This document shows positions 10,509-16,948 of a stretch of DNA of 54,311 bases, piece by piece. The stretch is taken from assembly GCA_002477905.1 (NCBI GenBank), contig DLLB01000083.1, positions 1 to 54,311 on the forward strand, read 5' to 3'. The position numbers and the translations under genes are program-made. The notes under the pieces are model-generated. The model ran no database searches. It was given only the letters and a program-made list of their open reading frames with translations, and was not told the DNA's origin. Each line of letters starts with the position of its first letter. The stretch's first letter is position 1. This DNA is from Clostridiales bacterium UBA7573. GTDB taxonomy: Bacteria > Bacillota > Clostridia > Oscillospirales > CAG-272.

Positions 10509-12266
10509 ATGATGAATCTTTCCTTTTACGCGGAAACAGAGGACGGAAATCGGTTTGTTTTTTCTTCCTCGGCTGTTTGCGACGGTGGAAAAGTCGCCAC
10601 ACGATATACGCTTTGCCAAAAAACGCTTTCTTCGCTTTCTAAGATCCGGATTTTTTCACCCGATCTTCACGCACATGCGGGGGAGGACGGCTGGTTTCTG
10701 CTTCCGCAAAACCGGAACATGAGCGGCAGTGTTCTGACCTTTTTCACTCCGCGCGCAGACTGCGCCCTGACCGTTTCCGAATCCATGATGGCACTGTTTG
10801 CCGCACGCGTCGGCGGACGGACTTATCTTGTGGAAATTGCCCGCAACTACCGCTATCTGCTGTCAGGAAGCTGTCGGAACGGACTTTATCAACTGACGCT
10901 TTCCGTTGATCTTACCGATCAGCCGGTCAAAGACGACTTTGTACTGACTTTATTTGATCTTGCCGACGCGGATGAAAACGGAGTTGCAAAAGCGGAACGG
11001 GATTTGCGGCTTGCCCGCAAAGAAATTGCGCCGCTTGCCGAAAAATGCGCAGAGCGAAAAATTTTAGACTACAACTGTCAACACCCGCTCATCCGCATCC
11101 GGATGGGTTGGAAACCCGCGCCGCCGGAAATTCTGCATCAGACGCCGGAAAACGAACCGCCCATGCATGTCGCCTGCACATTCGCACAGGTACGGAAGAT
11201 CGCTGACGCCTTGAAAGCGGCAGGGGTGAACGGCGCAGAGATCTCGCTGGTCGGATGGAACCAGAAGGGACACGACGGAAGATGGCCACAGATCTTTCCG
11301 GTGGAAGAAGCACTGGGCGGAGAAACAGAGCTGTGCAAAACGATTGCCCATGTCCGGTCGCTCGGATATACCATCACCTGCCACACAAATTGCCTTGACC
11401 ATTATGAAATTGCGGAAAACTTTGATCCGGATGCGCTCGTGCGCAAAAAAGACGGCTCCCTTTTGCAGAATGGAAAATGGAGTGGCGGCGCGGCTTACCG
11501 CGCCTGCCCGAAGATGCAAATCACGCAGGCAAAACGGGATCTGCCGCATGTCGCGACACTCGGATTCCAAGGCCTACATTATATCGACGTCTTGTCCACC
11601 ATTTTACCGGATGTCTGTTTTGCGCAAGCGCATCCCTGCACGTTGCGGGAAGCAATTGCTTCCATGCGCACCATCATGCAGTTATCTCATACGCTGTTCG
11701 GCGGCTTTTCCTCGGAGGGCGGCATGGATTTTTCGCTTTCCGAACTGGATTTTTCCCTGTACCAGACGTTCGCCGCCTATCAGACGCCGCCTTGCGGTTT
11801 TGCGGATCGGTATTTCCCTTTGTGGGAATTGACCTATCACGGGATTGTGCTGTACAATCCCAGCAGTACCACGGTCAACTATGGATTGAAAACGCCGGAT
11901 GACGCGGTGACCGTCGCGCTTTACGGCGGCAGACCGACGTTTTATTACTATTCCCGATTCTGCACAGGGCAGAATGCCCGAAACTGGATGGGGGAAACGG
12001 ATCTCACCTGCGACACGCCGGAAGAACTGGCAAACGGCGTTGCCGCCATCAAACGCGCGCAGGACGCATATGAACCATTCGCCCGATTGCAAAAGGTTTA
12101 TATGCATTCCTATCGCGTTCTCGCAAACGGTCTGCGGGAAATCTGCTATGAGAACCATGCGCGGGTACTCGGCAACTATACCGATCTGCCGCTTGCCGAC
12201 GACAAAACCGACACGATAGTAGACGCACACAGTTATCGGTTGCTTGGGGAGGGAACTGTCCAATGA
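10509..12266 (+). CDS. uncharacterised ~585-aa cytoplasmic protein, possibly a glycoside-hydrolase-like TIM-barrel enzyme (guess)
   Basis: Long ORF with coding-like composition and a GGAGG RBS at 10501-10505; the start is ATG 10509 or 10512. No signal peptide or TM segment. I do not recognise a named family. It is divergent from the AraC gene and overlaps the downstream permease by 4 nt. Confidence 0.75.
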   Translation: MMNLSFYAETEDGNRFVFSSSAVCDGGKVATRYTLCQKTLSSLSKIRIFSPDLHAHAGEDGWFLLPQNRNMSGSVLTFFTPRADCALTVSESMMALFAARVGGRTYLVEIARNYRYLLSGSCRNGLYQLTLSVDLTDQPVKDDFVLTLFDLADADENGVAKAERDLRLARKEIAPLAEKCAERKILDYNCQHPLIRIRMGWKPAPPEILHQTPENEPPMHVACTFAQVRKIADALKAAGVNGAEISLVGWNQKGHDGRWPQIFPVEEALGGETELCKTIAHVRSLGYTITCHTNCLDHYEIAENFDPDALVRKKDGSLLQNGKWSGGAAYRACPKMQITQAKRDLPHVATLGFQGLHYIDVLSTILPDVCFAQAHPCTLREAIASMRTIMQLSHTLFGGFSSEGGMDFSLSELDFSLYQTFAAYQTPPCGFADRYFPLWELTYHGIVLYNPSSTTVNYGLKTPDDAVTVALYGGRPTFYYYSRFCTGQNARNWMGETDLTCDTPEELANGVAAIKRAQDAYEPFARLQKVYMHSYRVLANGLREICYENHARVLGNYTDLPLADDKTDTIVDAHSYRLLGEGTVQ

Positions 12267-13180
12267 TCCCCGTTCTTCTATGTATGCTTTCCGTTGCGTT
12301 CGGCACACTGAAAAACACTGTATCCAAACAACTCAGCTCCTACAGCGCTTTGCCGGAGCACATTTCTTACATCAATCTGTTCAGCATGGCTTTTGCCGCC
12401 GTGGGACTTGGCATTTACGCCGCGGCAACCGGCAATTTTGCATACGCGACCGGCTACACGCTCCGATTTGCGCTCCTTTATGCACTGTTGTCCCTGCTCT
12501 CGCAGATTTTATTGCTTCTCGCCATGGGATGCGGTAGCGTGGCATTTTCCTCATTGGTTTTCTCCTGCGGATTCATTCCGTCTACCATGCTCGGAATGTG
12601 GTATTACAGCGAACCGGTGCGGGCGGGACAACTGATCGGCATTGTCATACTGGTATTCGCCATGTATCTTTGCCTTGCACCGAAACGTGGGGAACAGGCA
12701 TCCTGCCCGCCCAAATGGTTCGCATTTGCATTCGGTGCCTTTCTTTGCAGCGGACTGGTTGGATTTTTACAGAAATATCACCAGAACGGTGCGGATAAAG
12801 CCGCGCTTCCCGCCATGCTGACGTTTGTATTCTGTATCAATGTGGTCTGCTCTGCCGGACTGTTCTTCATTCTGCATATCCATCTGCAAAAGAAACGGAT
12901 GCAAAGCACTCCACCCAAAGCATCTTATTCTGTTCCGCATCACAAGCGGTTCTATCTGCTCTGTATCCTGCTCGGCGGTATATTTGCCGTGCAGAATCTG
13001 AACAACACCTATCTTTCCGGCATTTTACCCAGCGCCATCTTCTTCCCTATCTTAAACGGCAGTATTATTCTCTGCACCGCGCTTTGCGCTCGATTTTTAT
13101 TCGGAGAACGGATGCGTCGTCGGCAATGGATCGGGTTCCTCATCGGCATTGCCGCGATGATTGCCGTCGGAATTTTTTAG
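12263..13180 (+). CDS. polytopic permease, DMT/EamA-like (putative sugar/metabolite transporter)
   Basis: 305 aa with ~10 hydrophobic helices in two halves. ATGA overlap with the upstream gene. GGGGAGGG RBS. Confidence 0.7.
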   Translation: MIPVLLCMLSVAFGTLKNTVSKQLSSYSALPEHISYINLFSMAFAAVGLGIYAAATGNFAYATGYTLRFALLYALLSLLSQILLLLAMGCGSVAFSSLVFSCGFIPSTMLGMWYYSEPVRAGQLIGIVILVFAMYLCLAPKRGEQASCPPKWFAFAFGAFLCSGLVGFLQKYHQNGADKAALPAMLTFVFCINVVCSAGLFFILHIHLQKKRMQSTPPKASYSVPHHKRFYLLCILLGGIFAVQNLNNTYLSGILPSAIFFPILNGSIILCTALCARFLFGERMRRRQWIGFLIGIAAMIAVGIF

Positions 13181-13212
13181 CAGAAGCTCCGACCGAAAAG
13201 AGCAGAAAACCG

Positions 13213-13256
13213 CAAAAGCACGCGCTTTCCCAAGAGAAGGGAAGCGCGTGCTTTTG
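13213..13256. terminator. bidirectional intrinsic terminator (convergent permease / acyltransferase genes)
   Basis: About 18-bp stem CAAAAGCACGCGCTTTCCC / GGGAAGCGCGTGCTTTTG (one bulge) with a 7-nt loop. A/T runs are built into both stem ends. Confidence 0.75.
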
Positions 13257-13364
13257 CTTTCTTTGTTCCTTTATACCTGTATCCACCGATCACACGAAAT
13301 TTTAGAGTATCGGCACGATCGATTTTCGGTTCTGAGTCCGACTTCTGAAAAAATCCCTGCTTTG

Positions 13365-14150
13365 TTATGCTTCTTCGTAAGTCTCGCAGTATTGTGCCCG
13401 CCAAGCGGCTTCCGCCGCATCGCGCAACTTCTGCGCGGCGTCCCGCCGCGTAAGCGATGAATCCGGATACAAAGGCGGCAAAATATGCAACGTTGCATCC
13501 GGTGCGGGATCGCCCGCTTCATCGGTACGTCCGGTATCCGCAAAGGTAAGGAACATCGGCAACACCGGCACACCGTGCTTTGCCGCATAATGAAACGCGC
13601 CGATCTTGCAGGGGCGCGGCTTTTTGTAATATTGCCACTCGGACGCTTCCGGAAAGAACAGAACAAATCCGCGCTTACGGTGCAGGATCTTGTCGATGGC
13701 ACGTTCCAGATTCCGTCTTGCGGCATGATCGGAGGAAAACGGCAACAGTCCGTTATAACGCATCAGAAATCCCAGCCGATCCTTGCGATTGTTGAATTCC
13801 GCCGCTGTAATGTACAGATCCCTAAAACCAAATACACTCCGGACAGCGACGCAATCAAACCGATGCACATGGTTGCAGACGACCACCGCATTCTGTACCC
13901 CGGCAAGATGTTCCCGCCCCTCCACCTGTAACTGAAATAAATTCCGCAGAATCTTTTTCTCTTGCGGAACGGAAATAAAGTGCGCCAGCTTGGCTTTCAG
14001 CTTGGTGGACAGACGCTCTTGCAAATAATCATAAGAACCGTCTACCGGAAGTGCCAAGTCCAGTTCCGGCGGATCGGTGTGCGCGTCAAAAGTTCCTTTC
14101 GCTTCACACTCCGCAATCGCTTGTTCCATTTGTCTGCGACGTTCCGTCAT
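13365..14150 (-). CDS. PlsC/LPLAT-family acyltransferase (1-acylglycerol-3-phosphate acyltransferase-like)
   Basis: HX4D motif in NHVHRFD, then FPEASEW and VPVLP blocks. Start set to ATG 14150 (MTERRRQ, GAGAGGAAA RBS) rather than the ORF-track 14186. Confidence 0.82.
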   Translation of the reverse strand: MTERRRQMEQAIAECEAKGTFDAHTDPPELDLALPVDGSYDYLQERLSTKLKAKLAHFISVPQEKKILRNLFQLQVEGREHLAGVQNAVVVCNHVHRFDCVAVRSVFGFRDLYITAAEFNNRKDRLGFLMRYNGLLPFSSDHAARRNLERAIDKILHRKRGFVLFFPEASEWQYYKKPRPCKIGAFHYAAKHGVPVLPMFLTFADTGRTDEAGDPAPDATLHILPPLYPDSSLTRRDAAQKLRDAAEAAWRAQYCETYEEA

Positions 14151-14754
14151 AGGTTTCCTCTCTTTCTTCCCGCTGTTTTCTCGCATAACAACGCAACAGC
14201 ATCGGGCGATTATATCGTTGAATCAGGATCGGCGGGATCTGAAACAGCACATTCACCACGCAAATGGGAATGGTGCAGTACAGCATCTGCGCGCCGCACA
14301 AAAGCGGGACGGGGAGCGTTCCCAAAATGCTGAGGGCATGCATCCATTCCGCATAGACCGTTTCTTTGGCAAAACGGTATAAATAAGCCGGATCGGAAGA
14401 ATGCAGATGATCCTTTTTAAAATGCACCAGCTGCCCCATCTCCGGAATATATCCTTGCCAGCGACGGATCTTCAACCGCCGGTATCCCCGGGTTTCTCTA
14501 TGCGGCACCCGGTAACACGGCTTTTGCGGATCCAACCAACGGGCAGGAAAGCCATAGCGCACGACAAGCGACCAAAATGCGTCTACGCAAAACAGCACCG
14601 CGACCGTGCCATAGGCAACCGCCCATCCGTACCAAACGGGAAACGTCCCCGTTCGCTTGGCGATCACGGTATTGATTACGCCGTAGCAGAGGGGGACCAG
14701 CGCCATCACGGCAAGATACAGCCGCAGATCCCGCCGGATCTTCAAACCACGCAT
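14104..14754 (-). CDS. CrtO-family membrane acyltransferase (glycosyl-4,4'-diaponeurosporenoate acyltransferase-like)
   Basis: 216 aa with 4 or more TM helices. ...IRRWQGYIPEMG...ETVYAEWMHALSIL...LIQRYNRPML resembles S. aureus CrtO as I recall it (VRKWKHKILDG...ETKRAELIHWISIL...IVQRYNRPRL). Start trimmed from the ORF-track 15204 to ATG 14754, which has a GGAGGG RBS; the longer N-terminus would overlap the GT2 gene. Confidence 0.75.
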   Translation of the reverse strand: MRGLKIRRDLRLYLAVMALVPLCYGVINTVIAKRTGTFPVWYGWAVAYGTVAVLFCVDAFWSLVVRYGFPARWLDPQKPCYRVPHRETRGYRRLKIRRWQGYIPEMGQLVHFKKDHLHSSDPAYLYRFAKETVYAEWMHALSILGTLPVPLLCGAQMLYCTIPICVVNVLFQIPPILIQRYNRPMLLRCYARKQREEREETYDGTSQTNGTSDCGV

Positions 14755-16019
14755 ACGCCCTCCTGTGCGAAAGCCGCGCTCTGCCGAGAAGCGGCATATC
14801 CCGCTTGCGTCCGTGCCGCCCGATGCCTGCGGTAGAAAGCATTGACATACCGTGCCTCCGGCGTAGAAGACGTGCGCAGTTGTTCCATTCTGCGCGTCAG
14901 CGCATAAAGATCGGACAACGGTTCTTTTGCGGCATACGCAAAATTCTTCAAAAACAGCAGATAAAACAGTTCGCTGTGCCGCAGTGCAGTTCCTTTGGCC
15001 GCATGATAACAGGCAAGGCACTGTGCCGCGTAATCCGCCCCCGCGTGCTTCCATTGCGCCACCGGATAGCGGCGGAAACGCAATCCGTATTTCTCGAAAA
15101 TACGATAACTGTGCAGAAACTCTTTTTCTGCAAACACATTTCCCATTTCTTCCGCGAGTACCGCAAGCGGCACCTGTAAAAACGCGTAAGCAGAAAATTC
15201 CCAAATCATAAAATCAAACACCCGCGCGTACAGCAGTACCTCCGGATCTTTCAGCGCCGAAAGTCCTGTCTGTCTGCCATTTGCAAGAATTTTTCTGCGA
15301 TACGGAAGCAGATCTTTTCCGCGATACCAGATACTGGACTTCTCTTTCGCGAAATTTGCGTCGCTTGCCAACTTCTGCATGCAGGACATTCCATTCTCCG
15401 CCGCCGCACAGTGATAGTGATGCAGTGCCTGCGAAACGGTCACCACCCGTGTAAGATGCGGCAAAGTGGCAAGATTGAACAGCTCGTCTTCCGCAAAATG
15501 CACAGATTCCTCAAAGCGCACCTTTTGTAGGACGTCGGCACGGAACAATTTATTCCAAGTCATTAAAAAGCCGAATGTCTCCTGCGTATAGTGCGTCAGA
15601 TCCTCTGTTTTTCGCAGATCATACACCCGATCCCCAAGGTCGGATAAAAACATCGGATTCCCGAAATAATTGCATGCTGCCGCATCTGCATGTTCCTTTT
15701 GAAGCGCAGTCAGCAAAGTTTGCGTCATTTGCGGCAAAATCTCGTCGTCGGCGTCCAAAAATTGCAGATAATCACCATGCGCTTCCCGCATGGCGCGATT
15801 GCGTGCGGCAGACACCCCCGCATTTTGCTGGCAGATCAGCTTCACGCGCGCATCTTTTTGCATATAATCCCGCACCACACCCGCACTGCCGTCCGTCGAG
15901 CCGTCATCCACTACAATCACTTCTAAACAGGGATACGTCTGGGCAAGCACGCTGTCCAAGCACCGCGCCAACGTCGGCGCATTGTTATAGCAGGGAATCA
16001 AAACGGAAACCAATTCCAT
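14742..16019 (-). CDS. family-2 (GT-A) glycosyltransferase with helical C-terminal extension
   Basis: N-terminus VSVLIPCYNNAPTLARCLDSVLAQTY...VIVVDDGSTDGS...LDADD (DXD) is the classic GT2 signature. 425 aa with no TM segment. Confidence 0.88.
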   Translation of the reverse strand: MELVSVLIPCYNNAPTLARCLDSVLAQTYPCLEVIVVDDGSTDGSAGVVRDYMQKDARVKLICQQNAGVSAARNRAMREAHGDYLQFLDADDEILPQMTQTLLTALQKEHADAAACNYFGNPMFLSDLGDRVYDLRKTEDLTHYTQETFGFLMTWNKLFRADVLQKVRFEESVHFAEDELFNLATLPHLTRVVTVSQALHHYHCAAAENGMSCMQKLASDANFAKEKSSIWYRGKDLLPYRRKILANGRQTGLSALKDPEVLLYARVFDFMIWEFSAYAFLQVPLAVLAEEMGNVFAEKEFLHSYRIFEKYGLRFRRYPVAQWKHAGADYAAQCLACYHAAKGTALRHSELFYLLFLKNFAYAAKEPLSDLYALTRRMEQLRTSSTPEARYVNAFYRRHRAARTQAGYAASRQSAAFAQEGVCVV

Positions 16020-16079
16020 TTTGCAATCCTCTCTTTCTTGTTATTTTAGGATTTGGCTCCCTGCCGCAAGGCTTCGGAT

Positions 16080-16102
16080 TCGGCAGACGAACCGTCTGCC
16101 GA
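16080..16102. promoter_or_regulatory. perfect 10-3-10 palindrome (candidate operator or 5' hairpin)
   Basis: TCGGCAGACG aac CGTCTGCCGA; all 10 arm positions were checked and are complementary. It sits 1 nt downstream of the predicted -10 of the GT2 operon. Confidence 0.5.
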
Positions 16103-16103
16103 T

Positions 16104-16131
16104 AGTATACCACAACTTCACAAAAAGTAAA
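16104..16131 (-). promoter_or_regulatory. putative promoter of the GT2-CrtO-PlsC operon
   Basis: On the minus strand: TTTACT (16131-16126), 16-nt spacer, extended -10 TGgTATACT (-10 at 16109-16104). Confidence 0.4.
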
Positions 16132-16236
16132 GGAAAGAGAATAAGAGACGCATATACACCTTTTTCTCAGGGCTCTACCAAAGGTGGAGTTGAATTCTAC
16201 GGATTGTAGAATCTGAGATTTTTCTGAAAATTCTGC

Positions 16237-16265
16237 TTGCAAAAACCGTTTTTTCGGTGTATACT
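16237..16265 (+). promoter_or_regulatory. putative promoter of XRE regulator 1
   Basis: TTGCAA (16237-16242), 17-nt spacer, TATACT (16260-16265). The predicted +1 coincides with ATG 16272. Confidence 0.5.
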
Positions 16266-16271
16266 GTTCTT

Positions 16272-16856
16272 ATGAACAACTTGAAGCCAATTATTGCCAC
16301 CAATCTTGTCACGCTCCGAAAAAGCAAAGGTCTGACACAAGCGGAGCTTGCCGAGCGATTCAACTACTCCGATAAAGCGATTTCCCGTTGGGAGCGCGGT
16401 GACACGCTTCCGGAAATTGACGTGTTGGCGGAGCTTTGCACTTTCTACGGCATCACCTTGGACGATCTTGTGCATGAAGGAGGCACTGTTTCGCCAAAGG
16501 AACCGGAAAAAGACAGTCTGCTTGCCAGCAAAATCATTCTCTGCGCACTCATTCTGTCCATTGTCTGGATGATCGCAACCTGTCTGTTTGTCTACAACAA
16601 TCTGTTCAATCAGGTCATTCTGTGGCAGATTTTTGTCTACGCCGTGCCGGTTTCTTTTTTATCGCTTTTGCTTTTGGCGCGGCGGTTCGGTTTGCAACGT
16701 TATGCCATGATCTTTTTCAGCGGATTCATCTGGACCTTGCTTGCCTCCGTTTATATTTATTTTCTCCATTATAATATTTGGTTGATTTTTTTAATCGGCA
16801 TTCCCTGTCAGATCACCATTTTCATGTGGTTTCGTCTGCGCGCCATGCACCGATAA
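16272..16856 (+). CDS. membrane-tethered XRE-family HTH regulator (HTH + 4 TM), paralog 1
   Basis: N-terminal Cro/C1-type HTH (LRKSKGLTQAELAERFNYSDKAISRWERGDTLPEIDVL) followed by four hydrophobic helices. ATG 16272 is preferred over the ORF-track GTG 16257, which lies inside the predicted promoter. Confidence 0.85.
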   Translation: MNNLKPIIATNLVTLRKSKGLTQAELAERFNYSDKAISRWERGDTLPEIDVLAELCTFYGITLDDLVHEGGTVSPKEPEKDSLLASKIILCALILSIVWMIATCLFVYNNLFNQVILWQIFVYAVPVSFLSLLLLARRFGLQRYAMIFFSGFIWTLLASVYIYFLHYNIWLIFLIGIPCQITIFMWFRLRAMHR

Positions 16857-16948
16857 ACAGTTGCATCCTGCACTTCCGTATTTTCCTGCCCCAAGCCGTG
16901 CTTTTCTCTGCCATACACGCATAAAATGAGAAAAAGGCGGTGAAAGCC

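Noticed and set aside
14755-15204. N-terminal 150 codons of ORF-track entry 14104-15204
   Set aside because: That part overlaps the 3' half of the GT2 gene in another frame and looks non-protein-like. The CrtO-like homology and a GGAGGG RBS begin at ATG 14754.
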